64,000 nt of DNA from Bacilli bacterium. GTDB lineage: Bacteria; Bacillota_I; Bacilli_A; RFN20; CAG-826. The notes below the pieces were generated by a model. That model worked only from the letters and a program-made list of their open reading frames with translations. It was not told the origin of the DNA and did no database searches. The DNA lies in assembly GCA_040396875.1 (NCBI GenBank), contig JBBAWZ010000001.1, positions 39,384 through 103,383 of the forward strand, written 5' to 3'. Shown here one piece after another: positions 18,899 through 30,139 of this stretch. The translations under genes and the position numbers were made by a program. Numbering within the stretch: the first letter of the stretch is position 1; every line of letters begins with the position of its first letter.

Positions 18899-20116
18899 AT
18901 GAGCTTACTTGAACGATTTGTTCGATACGTCAAAATCGATACCCAATCGGATGCAGATTCATCAAGCGTACCTTCGACACAAAAGCAATTTGATTTGTTA
19001 AATCTTTTGAAACAGGAATTAATCGATCTCGGTGTCAAAGAAATTCGCTTAGACCCTACTGGAATCTTATATGCGACCATTCCTGCTAATTCCAAAACTT
19101 CTTCGCCTTCAATTGGTCTGATGGCGCATGTGGATACAGCTTCTGAAATGAGTGGTAAAAATGTCAAACCCAATATTGTTAAAAACTATGATGGTAAAAT
19201 CATTTCACTGAATGCCCAAGATCAAACTTTCCTTGATCCAAAAGTTTTTCCTTCTTTAAAAAAACATAAAGGTAAAACCCTTGTAACAACGGATGGAAGA
19301 ACACTATTAGGTGCAGATGATAAAGCAGGCATCGCCATTATTATGTCTTTTGTTGATCATCTAAAAGCACACCCTGAAATCTTACATGGCCCGATTCAAA
19401 TTGGCTTTACCTCCGATGAAGAGATTGGCCGAGGCGTTGTCCATTTTGATCCAAAACTGTTTAAAGCGGACTTCGCTTATACCTTAGATGGTGGTGCGAT
19501 TGAAGAAATTAATTATGAGAACTTCAATGCCTCCAGTGCAGTTGTGACGGTTCAAGGGAAAGCGATTCATCCAGGTTCAGCCAAAGATCAAATGATTAAT
19601 AGTCAAACCATTGCAGCGGCTTTCCATCTAGCGTTACCAAAAGATTTAAGACCAGAAACAACCGATGGTTATCAAGGATTTATTCATCTTACTCAATCGT
19701 CGGGTGGTGTTGAAAAAACTGAACTTCGCTATATTATTCGCCATCACGATATAAATGAGCTTAAAAAACAAGAAAAGATCATGGTCGACCTTACAACTTC
19801 GATGAATCAAAATTTAAAACAAAAACTTATTCATATCGACATTAAGTCGAGCTACTTGAACATGGCTCCCGAAATTAAAAAGAAACCTGAAGGATTAAAT
19901 CGTGCTTTAAAAGCTTATCAAACTCTTGGTTTAAATGTAAAAGCGGTTCCGATTAGAGGTGGGACCGATGGTGCTAATTTAACATACAAAGGCGTACCCA
20001 CACCAAATCTAGCTACAGGTGGGGAAAACTACCATGGTAAATATGAATTTCTTGTCGTAGAAGATGCAGAATTAATGGTGAAAGTCCTTGCTGAAATCGT
20101 TCGAATAAAAGTTTAA
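18899..20116 (+). CDS. pepT: peptidase T (tripeptide aminopeptidase, M20 family)
   Basis: M20/PepT similarity throughout (HVDTA..., GADDKAGIA, metal ligands). SD AAGGAG precedes it. Confidence 0.85.
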   Translation: MSLLERFVRYVKIDTQSDADSSSVPSTQKQFDLLNLLKQELIDLGVKEIRLDPTGILYATIPANSKTSSPSIGLMAHVDTASEMSGKNVKPNIVKNYDGKIISLNAQDQTFLDPKVFPSLKKHKGKTLVTTDGRTLLGADDKAGIAIIMSFVDHLKAHPEILHGPIQIGFTSDEEIGRGVVHFDPKLFKADFAYTLDGGAIEEINYENFNASSAVVTVQGKAIHPGSAKDQMINSQTIAAAFHLALPKDLRPETTDGYQGFIHLTQSSGGVEKTELRYIIRHHDINELKKQEKIMVDLTTSMNQNLKQKLIHIDIKSSYLNMAPEIKKKPEGLNRALKAYQTLGLNVKAVPIRGGTDGANLTYKGVPTPNLATGGENYHGKYEFLVVEDAELMVKVLAEIVRIKV

Positions 20117-20163
20117 TTGTGTTATAATTTTTTAGAAATAAAATAAAAAGGAAAGAGGCAAAT

Positions 20164-22278
20164 ATGAACAAGAAGACATTTACATTGGATTTTTTTGGTA
20201 AGACATTATTCGTTGAAACAGGAGAAATTGCAAAACAAGCCGATGGCGCTGTTTTGGTTCGTTTAGGGGAAACTGTCATCCTTTCAACCGCGGTTGCAAG
20301 TGATGAAGCTAAAGATGGAGATTTCTTTCCATTGACGGTCGTCTATGAAGAAAAACAATATGCAGTTGGTAAAATTCCTGGATCTTTTTTAAGACGTGAA
20401 GGTCGTCCTGGGGAACATGCCACCTTATCCGCTCGATTAATTGATCGCCCCATTCGGCCTCTTTTTGATGATGGCTTTCGTAATGAAGTTCAAGTTGTCA
20501 ATACAGTTTTGAGTGTTGATTATGATTCAACTCCTGAAATGACGGCTCTTTTTGGTTCCGGACTTGCTTTGGGTATTTCTGACATCCCATTTGACGGACC
20601 TGCTGCTGGTGTTTTAGTGGGTCGTATCAATGGAGAATTTATTATTAACCCAACCGTTGAACAACGAAATAAATCGGATTTACACTTAGCAGTTGCTGGT
20701 ACCTTAGAAGCCATTAACATGGTGGAAGCAGGTGCCCAAGAAATTTCCGAAGCAGATATGGTGAAAGCCTTAATGTTTGGCCATGATGCCATTAAAAAAC
20801 TTTGCCTTTTTCAATCTCAAATCATCAAAGCTGTTGGCAAACCTAAACGAGTGTTTGAATTCTACCGCGTCAATGATTCCATCAATAAAGAAGTGAGAAA
20901 GTTAACCCAAGCTAAAATGGTTAAAGCTATTTCAACAAAAGATAAACTTGAACGCGAAGATAAGATTAACGCCGTTAAAGAAGAAGTAAAAGAATTGTTC
21001 AAAAAGAAACCATACCCTAATACTGACGAACAAGAAAAAACTATTAAAGAAGTAGAAATGATATTAGAAACGATCATTTCCGAAGAAGTACGTCGCTTAA
21101 TTACCGAAGAAAAAATTAGACCTGATGGTCGTAAAGTTGACGAAATTCGTCCACTTGATACCCAAGTTGATTTATTACCTCGAGTACATGGCTCTGCTTT
21201 GTTTACCCGTGGTCAAACCCAAGTCTTATCGGTTGTCACATTAGCTTCCTTAAATGATGTTCAAATTATTGATAACTTAACGGATGAAGATAAAAAGCGT
21301 TTTATGCACCACTATAATTTCCCACCATTTTCTGTTGGTGAAGTTGGAAGAATGGGTAGTCCTGGTCGTAGAGAAATTGGTCACGGTGCTTTAGGCGAAC
21401 GTGCATTAAGTTATGTCATCCCAAGTGAAGAAGTATTCCCATATACAATCCGTGTTGTATCTGAAGTCTTAGAATCCAATGGTTCATCTTCCCAAGCCAG
21501 TATTTGTGCTTCCTCAATGGCCTTAATGGCAGCAGGTGTCCCGATTTCCGGAATGGTTTCCGGTATTGCGATGGGCTTAATTACATCTGGTCCTCTTGAT
21601 GGAAAACATCCTTATACAATCCTTACTGATATTCAAGGCTTAGAAGATCACTTTGGTGATATGGATTTTAAAGTAGCTGGGACCAAAAAAGGTATTACTG
21701 CATTACAAATGGATATTAAGATCCGTGGTATTAACCGTCAAGTCATTGAAGAAGCCCTTGCTGCAGCCTTAAAATCAAGAACCTTTATTCGCGAAAGAAT
21801 GGAAAAACTAATTAGTACACCAAGAACTGAAGTTGGTAAATATGCTCCAAAATTACAACAACTTCGCATCCCAGTCGACAAGATTCGGGATGTCATTGGG
21901 GCAGGCGGCAAAGTCATTAATGAAATCATTGAAAAATGTAATGGTGTTAAAATTGATATTGAACAAGATGGTCGTGTGATGATTTATCATCAAGACCGCG
22001 AACCCATTAATCGCGCTGCAGGTATGATTGAAGCCTTAACCCGTGAAGCTAAGATTGGTGAAGTTTTTGAAGGTGAAGTTGTACGAATTGAAGCCTATGG
22101 CGTCTTCGTGAATCTCTTTGGAGACACGGATGGAATGGTTCACGTTTCTAAACTAGCGAATACACGTGTTGAACATCCTAAAGATGTGGTTAAATTAGGT
22201 CAACGTATTAAAGTGAAAGTTACAGAAATTGATGAAAAAGGACGCGTTGCCCTTTCTCACAAAGAATTTGCGAAATAA
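20164..22278 (+). CDS. pnp: polynucleotide phosphorylase
   Basis: Two RNase PH domains, then KH and S1 domains. Confidence 0.95.
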   Translation: MNKKTFTLDFFGKTLFVETGEIAKQADGAVLVRLGETVILSTAVASDEAKDGDFFPLTVVYEEKQYAVGKIPGSFLRREGRPGEHATLSARLIDRPIRPLFDDGFRNEVQVVNTVLSVDYDSTPEMTALFGSGLALGISDIPFDGPAAGVLVGRINGEFIINPTVEQRNKSDLHLAVAGTLEAINMVEAGAQEISEADMVKALMFGHDAIKKLCLFQSQIIKAVGKPKRVFEFYRVNDSINKEVRKLTQAKMVKAISTKDKLEREDKINAVKEEVKELFKKKPYPNTDEQEKTIKEVEMILETIISEEVRRLITEEKIRPDGRKVDEIRPLDTQVDLLPRVHGSALFTRGQTQVLSVVTLASLNDVQIIDNLTDEDKKRFMHHYNFPPFSVGEVGRMGSPGRREIGHGALGERALSYVIPSEEVFPYTIRVVSEVLESNGSSSQASICASSMALMAAGVPISGMVSGIAMGLITSGPLDGKHPYTILTDIQGLEDHFGDMDFKVAGTKKGITALQMDIKIRGINRQVIEEALAAALKSRTFIRERMEKLISTPRTEVGKYAPKLQQLRIPVDKIRDVIGAGGKVINEIIEKCNGVKIDIEQDGRVMIYHQDREPINRAAGMIEALTREAKIGEVFEGEVVRIEAYGVFVNLFGDTDGMVHVSKLANTRVEHPKDVVKLGQRIKVKVTEIDEKGRVALSHKEFAK

Positions 22279-22350
22279 TTCTTTGAATTCTCACATTTGA
22301 TTTGTATAATACATTTGTATCTATGAAGTGCATAACTCATCAGGACGTCT

Positions 22351-24078
22351 ATGTCTTTTAAAATCCGCGTTTTTGCTTTGGGTGGATTAGATGAACATGG
22401 CAAGTGCATGCTTGGCATTGAACTTGATCAAGATCTTTTTGTTATTGAAGCTGGTCTAAAATATCCAGATCGTAGCAATCCTGGTATTGATGCGATTATT
22501 CCTAATTTTGATTATCTTGTTAAGAATCGGCATCGCCTCCGTGGTTACATTATTACTCATGGTCATGACGACCAATTTGGCGCTTTACCATACTTATATA
22601 CCAAAGCACCTGCTCCAGTATATGGAACGAAAGCAACTTTAGCGTTATTGAAACAATTCGCGTTAGAAAACCGTTTAACCGTTAATTTTACCGAACAATT
22701 AATCCAACCAACGAGTCATGTCACGATTGCTGGATATCATTTCCATTTCTTTCAAACAGTTCACAGTGTGATGGATTCCTGTGGTTTCGCCATTGATACG
22801 CCTTATGGCAACATCGTTTATTCAGGAGACTTTATTGTTGAGTACAACACGAGCAAAAATTATAAACATGACTTAAATGCTTTAGCTAAAATTGCTGAAA
22901 AGGAAACATTATTACTCTTAACTGAAAGTGTTTCTGCCGATCGACCAGGTTATTGTTCACCCAATCATCGTTTAAAAGATCATTTGGTTTTACCTTTCCA
23001 AATGGCTCAAGGTCGTATTTTTATTGCGATGTATAACCAATCCGTCTATAACTTAGAAGAAGTGATTAAATTTTCAATTGAACAAAATAAAAAGATTATT
23101 TTCTACGATCAAGAAACAGAAAACTACATTAAAACCTTTGTTGATTTAGGAAGTTTATATTTACCTAAAGAAAAAGTTGTTTCTAGAGAAAATCATTTAA
23201 GAACAGCTATTCGTGATGAAGTTATTATCATGATGGGTCAAGGTGAAAAAGTTTATAAGAAAATGGATGAACTAGCCAATAATGCTAACGAAGATAAAAC
23301 CTTTGTTTTAAGCGAACTAGACAGTTTCATCGTCGCCTGCCCTTCTGCGCCTGCGTTTGAAGTTCTTGCAACGGATGCCGTTGATGGTATTTATCAAACT
23401 GGTGCAAAAGTCACCAATATCACGCGAAAACAAATTAGAGGTATGCATGCTCAAGAAGAAGACATCAAAACTTTTATTAGTTTATTAAAACCAAAATATT
23501 ATTTACCAATGAAAGGTGAATACGTTCACTTAGTTGCTAATGCAAAGCTAGCGATTTCTGCTGGTACAGGTCTCAATCATACGAATACATTTCTTATGGA
23601 TAACGGTCAAGTTCTTGAATTTAATGAAGGAAAACCAAAGTTATTAACGCATGATTTGGATAAAGTTCCAACGGGTGATGTACTGATTGATGGCCTTGGT
23701 GTTGGTGATGTGAAAAAAGACGTGATTGTTCAACGTCAACGCTTGGCAGAAGATGGCATTGTTATTTTAGGTGCCACGATTTCTAAAAAGAAAAAAATGA
23801 TTATTGCTGGTCCAGATATTCAAATGCGAGGATTTGTATTTGTAAAAGAATCAGAAAATATTATTAAGGAAGTAACCCAAGTCTTTACAACTGAAATAGA
23901 AGATTACTTAAAGCATAAAGTGTTTCAATCGCTTGATGACTTTAAATTAAATGTGATTGAAAAAATCAGTAAAGTTTTAAAGCGCATTAATGGTAAAAAT
24001 CCTGTGATCCTACCGTTGATTGTTCTCTTTGAAGATCCTGAAATTACACCAAATCCTTCCACAACTTCTTCAAGTTAA
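22351..24078 (+). CDS. rnj: ribonuclease J
   Basis: Metallo-beta-lactamase HxHxDH (ITHGHDDQ) plus beta-CASP and C-terminal domain. Confidence 0.9.
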   Translation: MSFKIRVFALGGLDEHGKCMLGIELDQDLFVIEAGLKYPDRSNPGIDAIIPNFDYLVKNRHRLRGYIITHGHDDQFGALPYLYTKAPAPVYGTKATLALLKQFALENRLTVNFTEQLIQPTSHVTIAGYHFHFFQTVHSVMDSCGFAIDTPYGNIVYSGDFIVEYNTSKNYKHDLNALAKIAEKETLLLLTESVSADRPGYCSPNHRLKDHLVLPFQMAQGRIFIAMYNQSVYNLEEVIKFSIEQNKKIIFYDQETENYIKTFVDLGSLYLPKEKVVSRENHLRTAIRDEVIIMMGQGEKVYKKMDELANNANEDKTFVLSELDSFIVACPSAPAFEVLATDAVDGIYQTGAKVTNITRKQIRGMHAQEEDIKTFISLLKPKYYLPMKGEYVHLVANAKLAISAGTGLNHTNTFLMDNGQVLEFNEGKPKLLTHDLDKVPTGDVLIDGLGVGDVKKDVIVQRQRLAEDGIVILGATISKKKKMIIAGPDIQMRGFVFVKESENIIKEVTQVFTTEIEDYLKHKVFQSLDDFKLNVIEKISKVLKRINGKNPVILPLIVLFEDPEITPNPSTTSSS

Positions 24079-24105
24079 ATATTTTTCCTTGATATAATAG
24101 GATAG

Positions 24106-26568
24106 ATGAAATTAAAAACGACCTTTGATGCCTCGCGTTTTCCACCTTTACAAGATCAATATCTTAAGCTTGGTTTAGGTTCTTTCTTAATTTTATTAAC
24201 CTTACTTGGCCTCATTAATCAAGGCATTATCGCGATTATTATCAATATTGGATTTGGTTTTTTCATTGGTCAATTAAGGTTTTTAGGTTATTTATTTTTT
24301 ATTGGATATGGACTTGCGCTTTTTTTAAATCGACCTTTTCTTAAAGTTAAATGGTCGTTAACCTTACTTGGTATTGGCCTTGCATTACTTAGTTTATTAG
24401 CGATGGCAACGATGAATGGATTAGTCATGATCGTTCCTACACCCACACTCTCGCTCACAAATTTTTCAGATATCTTTTTTGCTCAATTTCCAAATTTAAG
24501 TACACCCCTTATTGAATTACCTGCCACCATTGGTGGGGGCATCATCGGCTACTTTTTGGTGGCAATGATGGCTTCGTTAAATTTATCAAACATCCAAATG
24601 GTCTTATGGATTACCTTATTGATTGTTGGGATTGCATTGAGTTTAGAGTTAATGTGGTTACAACTCATTCGCTTTGGAGCTAAACAAATCGAACTTAAAC
24701 AAAAAGAAAAGGCTTATTTTCAAAAGATAGCTGAAACCAAAACGTCGAAAGAAAAAACAAATATTTATGCTGAAGCATCTGAAAACGGGCAAGGTTTACA
24801 AACGTATCGTTCTTTATTTCCTGGTCAAAGTGTACAAGGCCTCTCCAAGGTTACTTTCCAAAAAGTACCCACAAATTTAGCTAATAAGTCGAACGTCACA
24901 CCAACCTCAAGCCAACCGAGTTCTACAAATAGTCTTGATGAAGAGGATGATATGGATCTAATTCAAACTGCATCTTTATCTACAACGTATGAAGCGCCAG
25001 AAGTACCCAATCATGTCATGCCTACCATTCAACCAACCCCATTACAACGTCCATCCATATCTAATCAATCCAAAAATACATCGGCACAGAAACCTAAAAC
25101 CTACCAACTACCATCTTTAGAGATGCTCGATAGTCGTTCGGCACTCAGTGATATTGAATTTAATGAACAAACCACCAAAAAAAGAGTTGAAGTTTTAAAT
25201 CAGAAATTTATGGCATTAGGGATTGAAGCCTCTATTGTTGATTATCAAATTGGTCCTGCTGTAACAGCGTTCGATGTCAAAATGGATGAAGGTGCTCAAA
25301 TTAGTCAGGTCAAACGAGTCTTGGGTGATTTAGCAGTAGCGTTAGGCGGTTTTCCGATGTCATTAAAAGAACTTGTTCCTGGTAAAACCGTAAGTCAACT
25401 TGAAGTTTTGAATGAAAGAATCTCGATGGTGGGTTATAAAGAATTGATGGAAGACCTAAAGGCACAACCGCTTTTTCAACATAAATTTGTTTTACCATTT
25501 GGCCGTAATATCCTAGGTGAAGTTATTGCTTTAACGCCAAAAGAAATCATCCATTTGTTGGTGGCAGGTTCGAGTGGGAGTGGCAAAACGGTCTTCGTTC
25601 ACTCTTTTTTAACTTCTATTTTAATGAGTGCAACACCATCTCAAGCAAAAATTTTACTGATCGATCCTAAGAAATTTGAATTATCGAAATATAAAAACCT
25701 TCCCCACCTTTTATGCCCAATCATTTCAGATTTTAATGAAGCAAAGATTGCCTTAGAAAGATTAATTGATGAAATGGAATCCCGATATGAAAAGTTTTTA
25801 GAATCAGAAACGATATCCCTCGAAACGTATAATCAATACGCTGAAGAAAATGATCTTACACCACTCCCATTAATTTTTGCGGTTATTGATGAATATAACG
25901 ACCTTATTAACGTTAATCCACAAATTAGTGATATTGTTCAACGCTTAGCCCAAAAATCTCGAGCCGCTGGGATTCATTTATTAATTGCAACACAACGTCC
26001 GACCACCAACATCTTAACCGGTAGTATCAAAAACAACCTTGCCACGATTGTAGCTCTTAGAGTCAGTAAGCAAGTCGACTCAATCACGATGCTAGGTCAT
26101 GCAGGTGCTGAAATCCTAGGTGGAAATGGTGATATGTATTTAGTGAACCCATTATTCGCTCGATATGGTGAAGTTAGAGTTCAAGCACCTTACATTTCTG
26201 ATAATGAAATTCAACGGATTTGTGCATTTATTCGAAACCAAGCATTACCCCAATATGATGAACGGTTTTTAAATCTGATCGATAAAACACCTCAATTTGC
26301 AGATGCCTCTGGTTTACCCACATCATTAAATGAAGGTTTGATTGATCCCCTTTATAACGAAATTAAGGCAGCGGCAAGTGTAAGAAATTATGTTTCCATG
26401 TCTTGGATATCAAGAACATACAGCACTGGTTATCCACGTGCTTTAAAAATTTTTAAACAACTTCAACAAGAGGGTATCATTGACGGTTCATTAGATAATC
26501 CAAATAACAATCGTGGTCGAAAAGTTCTTGTCAATCCTAATTTTAAAGAAGAAGATGATGAAAAATAA
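24106..26568 (+). CDS. ftsK: FtsK/SpoIIIE-family DNA translocase
   Basis: N-terminal polytopic membrane domain, an S/T/P/Q-rich linker, a RecA-like motor (GSSGSGKT) and a C-terminal gamma domain. Confidence 0.85.
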   Translation: MKLKTTFDASRFPPLQDQYLKLGLGSFLILLTLLGLINQGIIAIIINIGFGFFIGQLRFLGYLFFIGYGLALFLNRPFLKVKWSLTLLGIGLALLSLLAMATMNGLVMIVPTPTLSLTNFSDIFFAQFPNLSTPLIELPATIGGGIIGYFLVAMMASLNLSNIQMVLWITLLIVGIALSLELMWLQLIRFGAKQIELKQKEKAYFQKIAETKTSKEKTNIYAEASENGQGLQTYRSLFPGQSVQGLSKVTFQKVPTNLANKSNVTPTSSQPSSTNSLDEEDDMDLIQTASLSTTYEAPEVPNHVMPTIQPTPLQRPSISNQSKNTSAQKPKTYQLPSLEMLDSRSALSDIEFNEQTTKKRVEVLNQKFMALGIEASIVDYQIGPAVTAFDVKMDEGAQISQVKRVLGDLAVALGGFPMSLKELVPGKTVSQLEVLNERISMVGYKELMEDLKAQPLFQHKFVLPFGRNILGEVIALTPKEIIHLLVAGSSGSGKTVFVHSFLTSILMSATPSQAKILLIDPKKFELSKYKNLPHLLCPIISDFNEAKIALERLIDEMESRYEKFLESETISLETYNQYAEENDLTPLPLIFAVIDEYNDLINVNPQISDIVQRLAQKSRAAGIHLLIATQRPTTNILTGSIKNNLATIVALRVSKQVDSITMLGHAGAEILGGNGDMYLVNPLFARYGEVRVQAPYISDNEIQRICAFIRNQALPQYDERFLNLIDKTPQFADASGLPTSLNEGLIDPLYNEIKAAASVRNYVSMSWISRTYSTGYPRALKIFKQLQQEGIIDGSLDNPNNNRGRKVLVNPNFKEEDDEK

Positions 26569-26890
26569 ATCTTTGATTCAAGGTATTGGCGTCGATCTTG
26601 CTAAAATTTCTCGCTTTGAGAATCAGACTGCCCTCGCAAAAAAGATTCTTTCCCCTCAGGAATTTGATTTCTATACTACTCACCATCAGCCCTCTATGTA
26701 TTTGGCAGGTCGTTTTGCAGCAAAAGAAGCATTTATCAAAGCGCTCCGGAAGGCTCCTTTACCCAATTTATCCACGATAGAGGTTCTTCATGAGAAGGAT
26801 GGGGCTCCTTATATTTTATTTAAGAAGAACAGGTATCATGTATCCATTTCACATGATGGTGAATATGCTGTTGCAATGGTTATAATATAA
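26552..26890 (+). CDS. acpS: holo-[acyl-carrier-protein] synthase
   Basis: AcpS family (GIGVDL, FAAKEAFIKA). Start overlaps the ftsK 3' end. Confidence 0.8.
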   Translation, partial: KMMKNKSLIQGIGVDLAKISRFENQTALAKKILSPQEFDFYTTHHQPSMYLAGRFAAKEAFIKALRKAPLPNLSTIEVLHEKDGAPYILFKKNRYHVSISHDGEYAVAMVII

Positions 26891-26902
26891 CGGGTAAAAC
26901 TT

Positions 26903-29014
26903 ATGAACCTCTACCAAGCGCGTTTACTAAACAATGTTGATGTGATTTATACTTCATCCCAAACCCTTTCCTCTTCTCAAATTCAATCAATCAAATTAAT
27001 CGTCAATTCAAGAGAATTATTACCTTTAACGTTTATCAAAGAAGAAAAAACCACAGGATTTTATACTTATCAATTTCGATTCAAAGACCCTTTTACGTTA
27101 GGTCATAGTTATGGCTTAGTCATTGAGAATATTGGAACCATCCCCATCCATGTTGATGCATTGATGCAAGCGGATACGTTTGATAAAGAATTTGATGCCT
27201 CAAAAGAACATTTAGGTTACCGTTATCAAAAGGATAAAACTTTATTCCAAGTTTGGGCACCGATTGCTTCGATGGTGGATCTAATTTTTTACGATGTAAA
27301 TGGTCATAAAATTCAAGTTTATTCAATGAAAAGAAAACCGAATGGGGTTTATCACGTTGAAGTAAAAGGCAATCACGATGGTCAACATTATCGATATGGC
27401 ATCGTTAATCATGGTCAATATCAAGAAAGTATTGATCCGTATAGTTTTGGTTTAAGTCAAAATAGCGTCGATAGCGTTGTCATCAATCTTGAAGATTTAA
27501 AAATACCGATGAACGATGCTTCGTTACCCAAATTAAAAGACTATCAAGATGCGATTATTTATGAAGCTCATGTACGGGATTTATCAAGCGACACCTCCAT
27601 TTCATTTACCAATCCAAGAACATTTTTAGGGGCGATTGAAAAAAACAAGAAAACCAAACTTAAGCATGCAGTTGGCTTTGATTATTTAACATCATTAGGT
27701 ATTACCCATTTACAGTTATTACCCGTTACAGATTATCGAAGTGTCAATGAATTTAATGTTGCACAATCCTATAACTGGGGTTATGACCCTTATCACTATT
27801 TTTCCTTAGAAGGAAGTTTTGCGTCGACACCAAAAGATCCACGATCACGTATTCAGGATTTTATGAAACTCGTCAGTCAATATCATCAAGCCGGTATCCG
27901 AATTAACATTGATGTTGTGTATAACCATGTTTACGATTATCAGCATAGTCCCTTTGAAAAGATTGTTCCCGGGTATTACTTTAGAAAACATCCTAATGGT
28001 CAGATGAGTAATGGTTCTTATTGTGGTAATGATTTGGCAACTGAAAAACCAATGGTACGACATTTAATCGTTCAAGCGGCAACCTTTACGGTTTCAACCT
28101 ACCATGTCGATGGATTTCGTTTTGATTTAATGGGCATCATCGATCGTGAAACCTTGTACCAAATTCAACATAAAGTGAGAAAAATCAAACCTGACTTTAT
28201 GCTTTATGGTGAAGGGTGGAATATGCCAACCTATCTCCCACAGGAACAAAAAGGGATTACAGAAAATAGCCATTTGCTTCCTGATTTTGCTTTCTTCAAT
28301 GATTTGTTTCGTAACACCTTAAAAGGTGGAAATAATGATCATGATTTAAATGTTCCAGGATTTGCAACGGGTAACTTGGATGCTGGACAAAACTTACCTT
28401 CCTTATTATTAGGTTCTTACTTAACACATTTAGGACCCACCAAAGTCAGCCATCCTTCCCAATCCATTAATTATGTAGAATGCCACGACAATAATACGTT
28501 CTTTGATAAGTTAATGGGGTGCCAAGCTAATGAAGGAGAAATGTTTCATTTACGAAGAATTATTTTTGCGAATAGCTTAATTCTTTTCTCAAATGGCATT
28601 CCTTTTTTCCACATGGCACAAGAAGTTGGTGGCAGTAAAAATGGTGATCACAACTCTTTCCAATCTGGCGATAAAGTTAATCAATTTGAATATCGACTTC
28701 TCGATGAACGGCCATGGATGGTGAAAGCATTTCAAGACCTTATCCAACTAAGAAAAATGTTTAGAGGTTTGGCGCCCAAAGGCTGGGATGAGTCAAATTT
28801 ATCTTTTCACCGGTTATCGCATGGCGCAATCTCTGTCCATTACCATCTTGGTAAAGAACATTTTGTTTTAATTTGGAATCCTTCACTCCATCAAATTATG
28901 ATGCCGACTGATTTACAAAACTTGACATTGATATTTGACGGGGAATCGCAAGTCAAACAACCTTTAAACCTTAGTCACATCCCCCCCTTAAGATTTTTAA
29001 TGCTGAAACAATAG
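26903..29014 (+). CDS. type I pullulanase (GH13, no signal peptide)
   Basis: GH13 catalytic regions VVYNHV, GFRFDLMG, YGEGWN and ECHDN. The N-terminal CBM41/48-like region carries no signal sequence. Confidence 0.85.
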   Translation: MNLYQARLLNNVDVIYTSSQTLSSSQIQSIKLIVNSRELLPLTFIKEEKTTGFYTYQFRFKDPFTLGHSYGLVIENIGTIPIHVDALMQADTFDKEFDASKEHLGYRYQKDKTLFQVWAPIASMVDLIFYDVNGHKIQVYSMKRKPNGVYHVEVKGNHDGQHYRYGIVNHGQYQESIDPYSFGLSQNSVDSVVINLEDLKIPMNDASLPKLKDYQDAIIYEAHVRDLSSDTSISFTNPRTFLGAIEKNKKTKLKHAVGFDYLTSLGITHLQLLPVTDYRSVNEFNVAQSYNWGYDPYHYFSLEGSFASTPKDPRSRIQDFMKLVSQYHQAGIRINIDVVYNHVYDYQHSPFEKIVPGYYFRKHPNGQMSNGSYCGNDLATEKPMVRHLIVQAATFTVSTYHVDGFRFDLMGIIDRETLYQIQHKVRKIKPDFMLYGEGWNMPTYLPQEQKGITENSHLLPDFAFFNDLFRNTLKGGNNDHDLNVPGFATGNLDAGQNLPSLLLGSYLTHLGPTKVSHPSQSINYVECHDNNTFFDKLMGCQANEGEMFHLRRIIFANSLILFSNGIPFFHMAQEVGGSKNGDHNSFQSGDKVNQFEYRLLDERPWMVKAFQDLIQLRKMFRGLAPKGWDESNLSFHRLSHGAISVHYHLGKEHFVLIWNPSLHQIMMPTDLQNLTLIFDGESQVKQPLNLSHIPPLRFLMLKQ

Positions 29015-29077
29015 TTGGACAGTTTTGAGATTCTTTTCTTTATATCTCCATTACTATGTTTTTAAATGGAGGAATGT

Positions 29078-29356
29078 ATGATTTCAAATGTCATGGTGAT
29101 TGGATTAATCGATGAACCGATCAAGGATAATGTTCGTTTTATCAAAATCCAGAGACCATATAAAGATCAGAACGGTATTTTTGTTGAGGATAAAATTCCC
29201 ATTCAACATTGGGCTAGGGCAACGAATCAATATTTTATGACCATGAAAATTGGCACTCTAATTGGCGTTAAAGGTAGACTTGAGGTCTTAGAGGGCATTG
29301 GACCGACCATTATCTGTGACTTTTTAGAGCCTTTACACTTACCTTTAAAATCGTAA
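29078..29356 (+). CDS. small SSB-like OB-fold protein (hypothetical)
   Basis: Pattern NVMVIGLIDEPIKDNVRF...TLIGVKGRLE resembles the SSB OB fold. SD GGAGG lies 5 nt upstream of the ATG at 29078. Confidence 0.4.
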   Translation: MISNVMVIGLIDEPIKDNVRFIKIQRPYKDQNGIFVEDKIPIQHWARATNQYFMTMKIGTLIGVKGRLEVLEGIGPTIICDFLEPLHLPLKS

Positions 29357-29388
29357 CAACCCTAACTAAAATCTTGTAAAATGTAGGT

Positions 29389-30138
29389 ATGTTTAAGTAC
29401 CTTCGATTAGGTTTTCGCCTATTAATAGAATTATTTGTTGGGTATCTTTTTATCATTTTACCCAACGTGTGGTTTAAAAAAAGGAAACCTTTATCCATTC
29501 GTTATACTCAGCTTCGAAAAATTATTCATGGGTTATATAAAACCTTAAGAATCACACTTTATATTGATCATCCAGACATTACCAAAGATAAAGGGCCTTA
29601 CTTTATTGTTTGTAATCACCATTCCATGTTAGACCCTTTCTTGCTCATTTATTTATTTGAAAATCCTGTTCGCTTTATGGCAAAAAAAGAGGTAAGAAAG
29701 CTATTTTTGTTTGGCGATGCCACAGACTCAATTGATGCATTATTCATCAATCGAAAAAGTGTGCGTTCTCAGTTAGACCAATTGGAAGTCATGAAGCAAA
29801 GTTTGATTCGTAAAGATACCCATTGGTTAATTTTTCCAGAGGCCACTCGAAACACTCAATATTCTAATCCAATGTTACCGTTTAAAGCTGGATCCTTTAA
29901 GCAAGCAATGGAAGCAAAAGCGACCATTTTACCCATGGTAACATATGGTTTTTTTCGCCCACTTGATCCAAAAATAGATTGGAAGAAATATCCTGTTCAG
30001 ATAGATTTTTTAGATAAAATAACACCGGACATGTATGAAGGTAAATCCACCATTGAAGTTGCGGAAATCGTCCGAAATTTAATGCAGATAAGGAGTGATA
30101 AAATGAGATTATTAGATGCATCACTTCCAAGGAAATAA
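29389..30138 (+). CDS. plsC: 1-acyl-sn-glycerol-3-phosphate acyltransferase
   Basis: HX4D motif (CNHHSMLDPF) and FPEATR motif. Confidence 0.8.
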   Translation: MFKYLRLGFRLLIELFVGYLFIILPNVWFKKRKPLSIRYTQLRKIIHGLYKTLRITLYIDHPDITKDKGPYFIVCNHHSMLDPFLLIYLFENPVRFMAKKEVRKLFLFGDATDSIDALFINRKSVRSQLDQLEVMKQSLIRKDTHWLIFPEATRNTQYSNPMLPFKAGSFKQAMEAKATILPMVTYGFFRPLDPKIDWKKYPVQIDFLDKITPDMYEGKSTIEVAEIVRNLMQIRSDKMRLLDASLPRK

Positions 30139-30139
30139 T

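Noticed and set aside
22323-22361. 12-codon uORF (MKCITHQDVYVF) overlapping the rnj start out of frame
   Set aside because: It has no SD, is very short, and no conservation argument is available. Most likely chance.
26586-26780. 64-aa + strand ORF in an alternative frame inside acpS
   Set aside because: It is fully nested in acpS, which has clear family motifs in the other frame.
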